From Bdellovibrionales bacterium (GTDB lineage Bacteria; Bdellovibrionota; Bdellovibrionia; Bdellovibrionales; JAGQZY01), in the NCBI GenBank assembly GCA_964230645.1, contig CAXRHT010000003.1, positions 384,001-448,000 of the forward strand: a stretch of DNA of 64,000 bases, written 5' to 3'. This document shows, in pieces, positions 38,051 through 48,077 of this stretch. Each line of letters starts with the position of its first letter. Position 1 is the first letter of the stretch. The position numbers and the translations under genes were made by a program. Under the pieces are notes generated by a model. It saw only the letters and a list, made by a program, of their open reading frames with translations, had not been told where the DNA came from and ran no database searches.

Positions 38051-38850
38051 AAAATAAAGTATACCTTTTACTCTACAGTTTTTGTCTGAGTGGTTGCTTG
38101 GTCAACTCCGATGGAACAATCACAATAATTTCTCCCATTGAGTCGGATACCTATATTAGCTCGGTGGATCCCGGTGATCATTCTGAGCTTGATTATCTTT
38201 CCCTCTACCGCAACGGAGCCGTTGAAAACCGTATTCTTCTAAAGCTTCCCACAGGAGAGAGCGACTCCGACGATCATTTGGATCTTTGTTTAGGAAACCC
38301 CTATTGTTTTGTTTTTTTCATGCCCTTATTCATTCTCAAAGAAATTATCTCACCAAACTGTGATGACGAAAGTTTTACGGCCGCTAACCTTAATTGGGCT
38401 TATATAGAGTTACACACCGAGGATGACTCTTCCCCTGCGGCCGGCAGTATTCAAGTGAATCTACTGGGTCAGTCCTGGTGGCATGATGTTTCATGGAATA
38501 GAGCTCATCCTTTCACAAAGCAAGGGATGTGGGCCACTCCTGGTGGAACGATTGATAGTTCTCAGAGTTTTGACCCTAACTGTACGAATTTACAAGGGGG
38601 CCAATCCTGTGGAGCCGGTGAGGTAAAATTTGATATGACAAATTATTTGGGAACCCTTCTCGATAATCCAAACTCCACTCACTTTGGCTTAGTGTTGAGT
38701 TTTTCGGGTGATGAAGAAGAGCTGCGTTTCTACTCTAGCCAATCCAGTAATCTCTCTAGGCCAGAACTGGTGGCCAACTACAATTGTGTCACCAGCAGTC
38801 AAACAACCACCCATCGTTATGAGTTAGGAACACCTTTAAGTCAGAAGTAG
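38038..38850 (+). CDS. Lipoprotein with DNRLRE-like domain
   Basis: LSGC lipobox; DTYISS, NRILLK, WATPGG, FDMT, FYSS and RPELV motifs. Confidence 0.6.
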   Translation: MEFLKNKVYLLLYSFCLSGCLVNSDGTITIISPIESDTYISSVDPGDHSELDYLSLYRNGAVENRILLKLPTGESDSDDHLDLCLGNPYCFVFFMPLFILKEIISPNCDDESFTAANLNWAYIELHTEDDSSPAAGSIQVNLLGQSWWHDVSWNRAHPFTKQGMWATPGGTIDSSQSFDPNCTNLQGGQSCGAGEVKFDMTNYLGTLLDNPNSTHFGLVLSFSGDEEELRFYSSQSSNLSRPELVANYNCVTSSQTTTHRYELGTPLSQK

Positions 38851-38894
38851 AGATTGCCAAGTTTTAGAAAAGCTATCGGGATTTTTCCCAAACT

Positions 38895-39138
38895 GTCATT
38901 CTGAAGCGACGTTCATTCCACCCGTCATCCTGAGGCGAAGCCGAAGGATCTTGAGCCATTATGCTAAGGTCCTTCGCTATTGCTCAGGATGACAATGTGA
39001 GTGTAGTTCTGAGCTCTGAGCTAAAATAGATCTTTCATAATTTACGTGATTTTCTGTTAAAGATTCTTCGCTTCGCTCAGAATGACAGCATGGGATGACA
39101 GCTCAAAATGACAGCTCGGAATGACAGCATGGGATGAT
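38895..39138. repeat. Composite REP-like element, copy 3, with 13-bp tail repeats
   Basis: Partial arm at 38895, left arm 38924-38951, right arms 38967-38993 and 39061-39086, four 13-bp AGC...ATGA(C/T) units at 39087-39138. Confidence 0.92.
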
Positions 39139-39168
39139 GTGATGAGAATCGAGTCTAAAGTTATTACC

Positions 39169-39870
39169 TTATGCAACTTGGCATTTATAAATGTAAGCAA
39201 TTCCAAGGCTTAGTGGTGTTACTTCAACCTGCTTATAGAGACCAGTCTTCATGACCTCGGCTTTAAAGTCTTCGCCACAGGGAAAGACTTGTGAGGAGTC
39301 GTTGAGGTATTGGTAAGCTTGTGGTTTTCCGGAAATAAGGCCGCCAACATAAGGCAGAATTTTTGTAGAGTATAGATTGTACATGGAGCCTATGATGGGT
39401 GTTTTAATTTGACCAAACTCTAAAATCATAACGAAGCCATCGGATTTAGTCACTCGAGCGAGTTCTTTAAAGGCTTTGCTTCGATCTTCCACATTCCTTA
39501 TTCCAAAAGAAATACTGGAACTATCGAATTGATTGTCGTTATAGGGAAGGTCTGTGACATCGGCCCACTCAAAATCAATTTTCTTATTTTCTTTTTTGGC
39601 TTTTTCAGGAGCTTCATTGAGCATTTCTTGGCAGAAGTCTGTACCTATAACATGACCCATTTCTCCGACTTTGTCTTTATAGATAAGGGCTAAATCTCCA
39701 GTGCCGGTGGCACAGTCCAAGTGGGAGCCTCCAAGGGGAGTGGGAGTCATTTTTACAAGCTTCTTCTTCCATACATGATGAATACCTAAGCTCAATACCG
39801 AGTTGGCTTGGTCATAAGAGCCTGCGATTTCAGAAAACATATTTTGAATGGTCTGAGCTCTTTTATCCAT
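39169..39870 (-). CDS. menG: Demethylmenaquinone methyltransferase (UbiE/MenG)
   Basis: YDQANSVLSLGIH, LDCATGTGD, SFGIRNV, AYQYL motifs; next to the men cluster. Confidence 0.92.
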   Translation of the reverse strand: MDKRAQTIQNMFSEIAGSYDQANSVLSLGIHHVWKKKLVKMTPTPLGGSHLDCATGTGDLALIYKDKVGEMGHVIGTDFCQEMLNEAPEKAKKENKKIDFEWADVTDLPYNDNQFDSSSISFGIRNVEDRSKAFKELARVTKSDGFVMILEFGQIKTPIIGSMYNLYSTKILPYVGGLISGKPQAYQYLNDSSQVFPCGEDFKAEVMKTGLYKQVEVTPLSLGIAYIYKCQVA

Positions 39871-40651
39871 GAGTGATCTTCTTGTTCATAAGAGAGAGAA
39901 AAGGCTGAATTTGATCCATAAGACTAGCAAAGGCATCATAAGTGAGGGCTTGAAAACCATCGCTTAAAGCTTCCTCGGGGTTGGGGTGGACTTCCACAAT
40001 GATTCCGTCAGCTCCACAAGCAATGGCCGCCTTAGACATCGCTGGAATCAATTCCGGTCTCCCTGTTCCGTGAGAAGGGTCAACAATGACTGGAAAGTCG
40101 TGATGCTCTTTTAAGTAGGCTACGGCTGATAAATCCAAAACATTTCGCATGGGACCTTCGAAAGCCCGGATGCCTCGCTCGCACAAAATCACATTTTCAT
40201 TACCTTGGCTGGCGATATAATCAGCAGCCTTGACCCATTCCTTCACAAGAGCAGAAAACCCTCTTTTTAATAAGACGGGAAGCTTTTGAGCACCAAGCTC
40301 TTTTAAAAGCTCGTAGTTGTACATATTTCGACTTCCGACTTGAAAACAATCCACGGCTGGAAGAAGAGTCTCAATCTGTCTGGGGTCAGTGATTTCAGCG
40401 ATAAAAGGAGCCTTCACTTGCTCTTTCATTTTTTTAACAAGTGCGATGGCCTGATCGCCTAAACCCTGGAAAGAGTCTGGTTGTGTGCGCATCTTATATA
40501 TGCCGCCCCGCACCATAGAGGCGCCTTGATCAATAACATATTGGGCTGTGGGAATGAATTGGCTTTCGGATTCAATGGAGCATGGGCCAGCAATAACGGC
40601 AAAATTTGAATTTCCAATGCTCAGGGGGCCAATATTCACTATCTGATTCAT
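39863..40651 (-). CDS. aroF: DAHP synthase, class I-beta, catalytic domain only
   Basis: IAGPCSIES, QVGSRNM, LLKRG, LCERGIR, VDPSHGTG, EVHPNP, ALSDG motifs. Confidence 0.9.
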   Translation of the reverse strand: MNQIVNIGPLSIGNSNFAVIAGPCSIESESQFIPTAQYVIDQGASMVRGGIYKMRTQPDSFQGLGDQAIALVKKMKEQVKAPFIAEITDPRQIETLLPAVDCFQVGSRNMYNYELLKELGAQKLPVLLKRGFSALVKEWVKAADYIASQGNENVILCERGIRAFEGPMRNVLDLSAVAYLKEHHDFPVIVDPSHGTGRPELIPAMSKAAIACGADGIIVEVHPNPEEALSDGFQALTYDAFASLMDQIQPFLSLMNKKITHG

Positions 40652-40823
40652 AACATTCCTATCGGCCTCATGCGCAGCTCACACAGCTACGCCCGCCGAG
40701 GCCAGCGCTAGAGCACCTTACCAAAGTTTCCTGAGAGTGCATAGTCCTTATAGGAATCCCTCTCGAGTTTTTAGAGGCAAACTGCCTATTCAATTCACCC
40801 TTAATATGGAGTATATCGCTGGT

Positions 40824-41861
40824 ATGGCAAGGCGAGCCTTTGATAAGGATTCTTTTTTAAACCAAGGTGCGGTTTTTGGACACGCAGACAAGTTTCATCT
40901 TTTCTGGGGAGAACCCTCTAATTCCTTAGAACGCCCACCAGAGCCCTGTCTTGCGGTATTAGATTTTTTTCAAAAAAATGTTCAGTGGAAAAGGTTTGAA
41001 AACTATTTAGAAGTGGATCGAGAACAGTTGCAGTCGTTTTTGAACAGTAAAATGCAACAATTCCAATGGCAAAGTTCAGGAAAACCACTCTTTCAACAGA
41101 TGTTTCAAGACACCAAAGAAGCGATTGCAAAAGGAGAGCTTGAAAAATTAGTCCCCTATACAATGGATCGAACCTCTACAGAGAAGAAAAGTTTTGAACT
41201 CGAATCAGCTCTTTCCCAGAGTCTTCAGTTTAACCAAGGCTTTCTCTACGGGCAGTGGAATGAATCTAAAGGTGTGCTTGGACTCACGCCTGAGATCTTG
41301 GTGAAAGAAGAAAAGGGAAATTTGGAAACAATGGCTCTGGCGGGAACCTGTGACAAAGAGACTTTTGAAAACAACCCGACTTCCTTTCTCAATGATCTGA
41401 AAGAGGCTAAAGAACACCAGAAGGTGGTGGATGAAATATCTCGTCGTCTCAAAGTATACGGAGACCTTCAGGTAGGGGAGAGGCAGACTCAGGAAACTCC
41501 CACCCTTGTTCACTTAAAAACTCCAATGCAGCTTGAAAACTTTCAGGGCAAAATTGAGGCGGTAGTTTGCGATTTACACCCGACTCCAGCCCTTGGGAGC
41601 TTTCCTCAAAAAGCGGGAATAAAATATTTGAAAAAGTGGGATGAGTTATTACCAAGGGGTGTTTTTGGTGCTCCTTTTGGCTTTTCTAAAAATCGAGAAG
41701 AATCCATCTTCCTTGTGGCCATACGAAATTTAATTTGGACGCCAAAGGATGTGAAAATCCTGTGTGGCTGTGGTGTTGTTGAAGAAAGTGATTTAGAAAA
41801 AGAATGGTTGGAATTAGAAAACAAGAAAAATTCTGTTAAAAAAATATTTGGAGTCCTATGA
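40824..41861 (+). CDS. menF: Isochorismate synthase (menaquinone)
   Basis: TPEIL, MALAGT, KEHQKVV, LHPTPALG, VAIR, GCGVV motifs; start at 40824 is inferred. Confidence 0.88.
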   Translation: MARRAFDKDSFLNQGAVFGHADKFHLFWGEPSNSLERPPEPCLAVLDFFQKNVQWKRFENYLEVDREQLQSFLNSKMQQFQWQSSGKPLFQQMFQDTKEAIAKGELEKLVPYTMDRTSTEKKSFELESALSQSLQFNQGFLYGQWNESKGVLGLTPEILVKEEKGNLETMALAGTCDKETFENNPTSFLNDLKEAKEHQKVVDEISRRLKVYGDLQVGERQTQETPTLVHLKTPMQLENFQGKIEAVVCDLHPTPALGSFPQKAGIKYLKKWDELLPRGVFGAPFGFSKNREESIFLVAIRNLIWTPKDVKILCGCGVVEESDLEKEWLELENKKNSVKKIFGVL

Positions 41862-43390
41862 ATCATGAACTGGCACTGTCCATTCTGAAGCAACTCTCAT
41901 CGCAAGGAGTAAAAACCTTAGCCGTTTGCGCGGGCGCGAGAAATGCTCCCTTTATCCATATTCTAGAAAAAAGCGAGGGTTTTGAAGTTCTCTCTTTTTT
42001 TGATGAAAGGTCGGCTGCCTTTTTTGCCCTTGGACGAGCAAGAAGAGACGAGAGACCCGTAGCCGTACTCACAACCTCCGGGACAGCAGTATCTGAACTC
42101 TTGAGTGCGGGAATAGAAGCCTTTTATTCCAATGTGCCCCTGGTTTTGCTCACTTCCGATCGACCCAAAAGATTACGAGGCTCTGGTGCCCCTCAAACCA
42201 TCAAGCAAAAAGATATCTTTCAAAACTACGCGGAATTCATCTATGATCTCGATGTGCCTATGGACATTCGCTTAAGCCTTAGGCGTCCCACTCATATCAA
42301 CGTCTGCTTTGATGAGCCTTTAAAAACAAAGCACTCTCAAGAATTATATAAATTTGAAATTGAAAATGTAGAGAAGGAAACCCAAAGAAGTCTTTTTGAG
42401 AATGAAAGGGAAGACTTCGAAAAGAGCCTAGTGGTTGTCGGAAGTCTCACGCCATCAGAAAGAGAGGCTTTAAAGCCTTGGTTAGAAGTGCTCTCCGTTC
42501 CCGTTTTTTATGAAGTGAATTCAGGCCTGAAGAGTATGAATCAACCAAAGGACAATCAAATTCTTGGTGGAGAAAAAATGCTTAGCCAAATGCTCAGGTC
42601 GGGTGACATTGAGAATGTCATTAGAATCGGGGATGTACCACTGGGGCGCTACTGGCGTGACCTTGATCGATTGGAAATACCCACTTTGAGTATTAGTTCT
42701 AAACCTTTTAAGGGAACAGAGAAGTCTCGGTTGATTCATCAGAATCTCGAAGAGGTGGACATTGCAAAGTTTAATCTCAAGCCTTGGGATTTTCATTCTT
42801 GGCAGAAGGAATCTGCGGTTAAACAAAAAAAGATTGACCACCTTATGGATACATACCCCTTGAGTGAGGCGGCCTGGTTTCGCAAACTACTTTTCTGGAT
42901 TCCGGAGGGCCAAGCAATCTATGTTGGAAACAGCCTTCCTGTGAGACTCATAGACTTAGTGGGAGAGAGTTCTTGGGAATTTTCTGGAAACCGGGGAGCC
43001 AATGGTATTGATGGGCAGCTCTCCTCAGCCTTTGGTTGGTTTAAACCTGATACCATGAACACCCTTATCGCAGGAGACCTTACCACATTGTATGATTCCA
43101 ATGGGCTCTGGATGAGTGAGACCTTGAAAAGACAAAACACTTCAGTGAATCTCTTAGTGATCAATAATGGTGGAGGAAAAATATTCTCCAGAATTTTTGA
43201 GGAAAAACTTTTTCAAAACCGACATCAGCTTAACTTTTCTGCGATGGCTGATATGTGGGGTTGGAAATATCATGCTCTCAATCATGAAAGTGAGATCTGG
43301 CCTGAGGCGGGACTAAATTTACTGGAGTGTTGCCCGGATCAAGAGCAAGATCAGGAATTCTGGGAGGAGTACGATCAATTATGGCAGTAA
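41858..43390 (+). CDS. menD: SEPHCHC synthase
   Basis: DERSAAFFALG, TTSGTAV, SDRP, GNSLPVR, NRGANGIDG, GDL...NNGGG motifs. Confidence 0.95.
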   Translation: MNHELALSILKQLSSQGVKTLAVCAGARNAPFIHILEKSEGFEVLSFFDERSAAFFALGRARRDERPVAVLTTSGTAVSELLSAGIEAFYSNVPLVLLTSDRPKRLRGSGAPQTIKQKDIFQNYAEFIYDLDVPMDIRLSLRRPTHINVCFDEPLKTKHSQELYKFEIENVEKETQRSLFENEREDFEKSLVVVGSLTPSEREALKPWLEVLSVPVFYEVNSGLKSMNQPKDNQILGGEKMLSQMLRSGDIENVIRIGDVPLGRYWRDLDRLEIPTLSISSKPFKGTEKSRLIHQNLEEVDIAKFNLKPWDFHSWQKESAVKQKKIDHLMDTYPLSEAAWFRKLLFWIPEGQAIYVGNSLPVRLIDLVGESSWEFSGNRGANGIDGQLSSAFGWFKPDTMNTLIAGDLTTLYDSNGLWMSETLKRQNTSVNLLVINNGGGKIFSRIFEEKLFQNRHQLNFSAMADMWGWKYHALNHESEIWPEAGLNLLECCPDQEQDQEFWEEYDQLWQ

Positions 43391-44082
43391 ACCATATTCA
43401 CTTTTTTCACGGATTTCTCGGTGAGCCAAAAGATTGGGAGGATGTGGTTAGAGGCTTAGATTTACAGGCCGAGATCCATTGCCACTCTTTACTGAGTGAT
43501 TTTAAAGGCCAAACCTTTTCCCAGTGGGCTCAAGCGAAAAAAAAAGAATATGACTTACTCGGTGGCCGTCATTTTTTTGTGGGGTATTCTCTTGGTGGTC
43601 GGCTCTTAATGCATCTGGATCTTGAACCCTCAAACAAAGTTTTACTCATTGGAAGTCATCCTGGATTGATTGAGGGACATGAAAAGCGTCTTTTGAGCGA
43701 TCAGAGTTGGATTGAAAAAAGTCATCAAATATCCAAAGAGGACTGGCTTGAACAATGGAACGGACAAGAGGTTTTCCAAAAGGATCAAATTCGTCCGAAA
43801 AGGAGTTTCAGTAACGAAAGTTTTCTCACTTGGATGAAGATTTTGTCTCAGTGGAGTTTGGCCAAACAAGAGCGCAGAGACGCTTGGCTGAAAGAACACG
43901 CCTCACAAGTTTACTGGTGCTGTGGGGAGAACGATAAGAAATTTGAAGAATTGAAAAAAAAGAGACTTCAGCCTATTTTGCCACAAGACCATTTGTTTTC
44001 GCTACCCGGGGCCGGGCATGGTGTGATCTTTGATGCCCCCGGTGGGGTGGCTCGTCTTATTAATAAGGTTTTTTTGAAATGA
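43381..44082 (+). CDS. menH: SHCHC synthase (alpha/beta hydrolase)
   Basis: HGFLG, GYSLGG, GENDKKF, AGH triad motifs; position in the men cluster. Confidence 0.85.
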   Translation: MAVNHIHFFHGFLGEPKDWEDVVRGLDLQAEIHCHSLLSDFKGQTFSQWAQAKKKEYDLLGGRHFFVGYSLGGRLLMHLDLEPSNKVLLIGSHPGLIEGHEKRLLSDQSWIEKSHQISKEDWLEQWNGQEVFQKDQIRPKRSFSNESFLTWMKILSQWSLAKQERRDAWLKEHASQVYWCCGENDKKFEELKKKRLQPILPQDHLFSLPGAGHGVIFDAPGGVARLINKVFLK

Positions 44083-44957
44083 AATCATTTTATTCCTGGT
44101 TACTAGCTTTTCGCTTTAAAACTCTCACTGCCGCGTTTGTTCCGGTTCTAGTGGCCACCGGTCTTGTTTACGGACAGAACACCGAGCTTGAATGGTGGAT
44201 CAGCACTTACGCACTTTTAGCCGCTTTTTGTATTCAAATTGCCACCAATTTATTTAATGATGCGATCGATTTTAAAAAAGGAGCGGACACTGAATCTCGT
44301 ATTGGTCCCAGACGGGTGACTCAGTCAGGACTCCTTAAAGAAACCCAAGTTTGGGGTATGGCTTTGGTCTTTGTCGCTCTTGCTTTGTTTTTTGGGTATT
44401 TCCTCGTTGTGCAAGGAGGTTGGCCGATTGTGATTCTGGGGTTGCTCTCATTATTTCTAGCTTATGGTTACACAGGAGGGCCCTACCCCCTGGCATATTT
44501 AGGATTGGGCGATCTTTTTGTGATTTTGTTTTTTGGTTTGTTTGCGGTGGTCGGTACCTTTTATCTTCATACCCTTGAGGTCAATGGAGCCGCACTTGTA
44601 GCAGGGATTCAAATGGGATTTCTTTCCACGACTTTGATTGCGATAAATAATCTTCGGGATAGCGAAGGGGATAGTATTGTTGGTAAAAAAACACTGGCTG
44701 TGCGTTTCGGTGATTTGTTTGTTAAGTGGGAAGTTTTAGTTCTTGTGGCTCTAAGCTATCTTTTAAATCTCTACTTCCTAGTGGCTTACAATAAACTTTA
44801 CGTCTTACTGACCTTTGCCTTATTGCCGCTGGCTGGTTTTTTGGTGGGCTTTGTCTTCTCGGTAAAGAAAAAAATGCATCTTAATAAAGCCCTGGGGTTA
44901 GCCGCCCTCCACCAAGTTCTTTTTGCTCTTGTTTTTACTCTCGGGGTGGTTCTTTAA
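44079..44957 (+). CDS. menA: DHNA polyprenyltransferase
   Basis: RFKTL, NLFNDAIDFKKGAD, YTGGP, NNLRD...DSIVGKKTLAVRFG motifs. Confidence 0.95.
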   Translation: MKSFYSWLLAFRFKTLTAAFVPVLVATGLVYGQNTELEWWISTYALLAAFCIQIATNLFNDAIDFKKGADTESRIGPRRVTQSGLLKETQVWGMALVFVALALFFGYFLVVQGGWPIVILGLLSLFLAYGYTGGPYPLAYLGLGDLFVILFFGLFAVVGTFYLHTLEVNGAALVAGIQMGFLSTTLIAINNLRDSEGDSIVGKKTLAVRFGDLFVKWEVLVLVALSYLLNLYFLVAYNKLYVLLTFALLPLAGFLVGFVFSVKKKMHLNKALGLAALHQVLFALVFTLGVVL

Positions 44958-45851
44958 ATGAAATATTCCCTTAGCCCCTACGAATTAAAAGTAAGACAAT
45001 CCGATGTCGTGAAGAAGGGCTACCTATTAAGAGTAGAAGGGCCCTCGGGGGCCTTTGGTTACTCTGATCTTTTCCCATGGCCAGAGTTTGGAGACCCCGA
45101 GTGCGCTGAGATACCAAAACTTCTTGCAAAAAAGACAAGTGGCTATGCCTTAATCGAACGAGCTTTAGAGAGAGCCGAGTTGGATTTAAAGGCCAGAGAC
45201 GGGGGAGTGGATTTAACAGCAAAATTGAAGTTCCAAAATCATTTCCTTCTTTCTAGCACAAGGTCCTTGAACGATATTGAAAAGGCTTTAGAGCAAGGCT
45301 TTGTGAAGTTTAAACTCAAATGCGGAAGAGATTTGAGTCGTGAACTAGAATTTCTAGAACAAATAAAGCAGTCTTTTGAAAAAGACGTTCTTCTTCGCTT
45401 AGACTTCAATGGACGACTTAAAAAAGAAGAGGAATCTCTTTTCTGGCCTTATTTAGAGATGCTTGATTTTGTGGAAGATCCCTATAGAGATTCCAAAGAG
45501 TGGCGGAATTCTAAATTTCCACTGGCCTTTGATCACCCAGGGTTTGAATCCAGTAAAGTGAATTATCAGTGGCTAATCATAAAACCGGCTAAGCAAAACC
45601 CTCCCAAGGGTGAAAAAAATCTTATTTTCACAAGCTACTTAGGTCATCCTGTAGGCATGGCTCATGACAGCTATCAAGCCTCGCTTGCGGGAGAACCAGT
45701 GGCGGAATATGGATTAATGTCGGATGGATTTTATGAGCCCACAGTTTTTAGCGAGGCGTTGATTAAAAAAGGACCGGAACTTGGTTTTGTAGGTGGTCTT
45801 GGGATTGGTTTTGACAAACTTCTTGAGGAGCAAGAGTGGAAACCTCTTTGA
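44958..45851 (+). CDS. menC: o-succinylbenzoate synthase (enolase superfamily)
   Basis: FKLKCG (KxK), LRLDFNG, FVEDP, IIKP motifs; context. Confidence 0.8.
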   Translation: MKYSLSPYELKVRQSDVVKKGYLLRVEGPSGAFGYSDLFPWPEFGDPECAEIPKLLAKKTSGYALIERALERAELDLKARDGGVDLTAKLKFQNHFLLSSTRSLNDIEKALEQGFVKFKLKCGRDLSRELEFLEQIKQSFEKDVLLRLDFNGRLKKEEESLFWPYLEMLDFVEDPYRDSKEWRNSKFPLAFDHPGFESSKVNYQWLIIKPAKQNPPKGEKNLIFTSYLGHPVGMAHDSYQASLAGEPVAEYGLMSDGFYEPTVFSEALIKKGPELGFVGGLGIGFDKLLEEQEWKPL

Positions 45852-46972
45852 GTGAAAATAAAAAATTTTGGGATTCGGAAGCCAGTTCTTTATTGATAAA
45901 TCCGCGCTTCGCAATCCAGGAAAAAGAACTCTTGGCTCGGGCTGTTGAAAAATACGATGAAAAAGGCCGAATATGGCTAAGAAGCTCTGGAACCGAGTCC
46001 TCTGGAAAAGGTATTAAGCTTGTGGCTTTAAAAAAGTCAGCTATCTTAAAGGCCGCTAAATCGGTGAATGACTTTTTTGGACTCTCGGAAAAAGATGTAT
46101 GGCTTTGCGGTCTTCCCATTTTCCATATCGGTGGACTCTCGATTTACGCCAGAGCTTCTTTATCAAAGTGCCTAGTGGTTAGGCTTAAATCCTGGAATGT
46201 TGAGAGCTTTGAAAAATTGATTAAAAACGAAAAGGTGACGGTTTGTTCGTTGGTGCCCACACAGGTCTTCGATCTTGTTAACGCTAAAATAGCGGCTCCC
46301 AAAAATATGAAGCTAGTCATTGTTGGCGGCGGAGCTTTAAATTCGGATCTTTTAGAAAAAGCCAGTGAGCTCGGTTGGCCAATAGCAGTGAGTTACGGAA
46401 TGACGGAAACCAGTGCATTGATGGCCGCCACGAACCCTAAAAATATAAAAACACCAATGGCTACGAAAATGGAACTTCTCCCACATGTAGAACTTCATCC
46501 GGCCGCTGAAAAATGGGCTATTGAAAGTGAATCACTCTTTGATGCCTATTTATGGGTGAGTCAAGAGGAAGCCAAATACGAGCCTCGTCCAGAACCTTTT
46601 GTCCTCGACGATCACCTGCAAGTAGAGAGCCGAGAAATAAAAGTTCTCGGACGCGAATCCGAGATTGTAAAAATTCTTGGTGAGACTGTGAACCTTAACG
46701 AATTAAAAGAGAAAATTTCTCCCTTTTATAAAAAACCATTCTTTATCCAGCCAATAGGTGATTCTCGCCGGGGATTCAGGCTTGAGGTTTATGTAGAGGA
46801 AAGCTTAGATGGGAGATTTGTTGACCTTGAAGTCATTAATCAAAGGCTAATGCCCTATGAGAGAGTAAGTAAACTTAGGTTTGTTGATCAGTTCGTGCGT
46901 ACAAGTCTCGGGAAGATAAACAAACCCGAGACCATACGGAAAATTAAAAGATTAAAAGAAGATATAAATTAG
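45836..46972 (+). CDS. menE: o-succinylbenzoate--CoA ligase (short form)
   Basis: SSGTES..GIK, LPIFHIGGL, SLVPTQ, SYGMTETS, GKI motifs. Confidence 0.88.
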   Translation: METSLSENKKFWDSEASSLLINPRFAIQEKELLARAVEKYDEKGRIWLRSSGTESSGKGIKLVALKKSAILKAAKSVNDFFGLSEKDVWLCGLPIFHIGGLSIYARASLSKCLVVRLKSWNVESFEKLIKNEKVTVCSLVPTQVFDLVNAKIAAPKNMKLVIVGGGALNSDLLEKASELGWPIAVSYGMTETSALMAATNPKNIKTPMATKMELLPHVELHPAAEKWAIESESLFDAYLWVSQEEAKYEPRPEPFVLDDHLQVESREIKVLGRESEIVKILGETVNLNELKEKISPFYKKPFFIQPIGDSRRGFRLEVYVEESLDGRFVDLEVINQRLMPYERVSKLRFVDQFVRTSLGKINKPETIRKIKRLKEDIN

Positions 46973-47118
46973 CCACGGAAATAAGATTTTGAAACCTGAG
47001 CTTTAAAGTGTTTTTCGTAGTCTTCAGGGCTTTCATCTTGTACGCGGTAGCTGTCGGCGAGTTCTTCTTTTTTTAGATTTTTTTTGTGCTTGAAGCGTCT
47101 TGTTTTTATAGACTCCAT
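46969..47118 (-). CDS. Small hypothetical protein (about 49 aa)
   Basis: Strong AAGGAGG RBS before ATG 47118; stop overlaps the menE stop. Confidence 0.5.
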   Translation of the reverse strand: MESIKTRRFKHKKNLKKEELADSYRVQDESPEDYEKHFKAQVSKSYFRG

Positions 47119-47264
47119 AAGAGCCTCCTTTTTCAAAGGGACCATACCCTTAGAGATCACTATAATTAATGAGTGGTCATAAAGCCCACTTCTATTATGG
47201 ATATTCGGTGCAAAGATCTCCACAACAGAGAAGCCAATACCATCCAGTTGAATTTATAGGGGTT

Positions 47265-48077
47265 TTAGTAAGGGCTTGGTTTGAAGCGGATTCTTTCTAG
47301 AGGTTGTCCAACTGAAATTGTACCTGTTCCCTGGTGGATGAGATTCTGGCCAAAAACCATTTTTCCATCTTTCCGCCGGTAGGATTTTAAAGTCTGGCTC
47401 ACTTCTTTATCTTCCTTTCCTGTGGTTGGGTCAATGTCGATCACCTTACAGCGACTGCAGGCTTTCACCGGTAAAAAGGGAATCTCGTTGATTTCAAAAG
47501 ACTCCCAATTGTCTTCAGCATCCGGGTGTTCCGTACCAATCACTATGTTGGGACGAAAGCGATCCATAGAAATGGGGGAGGAGAGTTTTTTATTAAGGAC
47601 CTCAAGTGTGGTTCGGTTGGTTAGAAGAAAAGGATAGCCGTCAGAGAAATGCATGGGAGTTTTGGGTCCATGGTTCCCAGAAGTTTCTCTAAGCCCCCCT
47701 TCATGGGAAAAAACAAAATGAACATTTTCTTTGAGGTAATCACTGGCCCACTGATCATAGGTTTCCCCCAGTCTTAGAGCCTTGGCGCTTTTTCCGAAAA
47801 CGGAAACCTCTATGGTTTCTGTCATAAGAAGATCAATAGGAATTTCCAAATCTTTTTGTCCCCCAGCTGATAGGATTAAGGCCTCTTTTGTGAGCGTGGG
47901 TTGAATTTGTCCAAGGTTGGGATGAGTTCTTTGGCTTAAGAACTGACCATTGGATTTTACAAGCATCCACTGACGATCGAAGCGAGGACCTGACTGGGTG
48001 ATCTCCATTTCTTTTAAACGGATGGGTTTTGCCGACTTTAACGGGTAAATATTAAGCTGCCTAATAACTGGGATCAT
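47265..48077 (-). CDS. MOSC domain protein (YcbX/mARC-like)
   Basis: IYPLKS, DRQWML, FSDGYP, RFRPNIV, CSRC, FGQNL motifs. Confidence 0.92.
   Translation of the reverse strand: MIPVIRQLNIYPLKSAKPIRLKEMEITQSGPRFDRQWMLVKSNGQFLSQRTHPNLGQIQPTLTKEALILSAGGQKDLEIPIDLLMTETIEVSVFGKSAKALRLGETYDQWASDYLKENVHFVFSHEGGLRETSGNHGPKTPMHFSDGYPFLLTNRTTLEVLNKKLSSPISMDRFRPNIVIGTEHPDAEDNWESFEINEIPFLPVKACSRCKVIDIDPTTGKEDKEVSQTLKSYRRKDGKMVFGQNLIHQGTGTISVGQPLERIRFKPSPY

Noticed and set aside
40659..40666. Sigma28-like GCCGATAG box upstream of aroF
   Set aside because: No TAAA-like -35 at the expected spacing, and it is too close to the start codon
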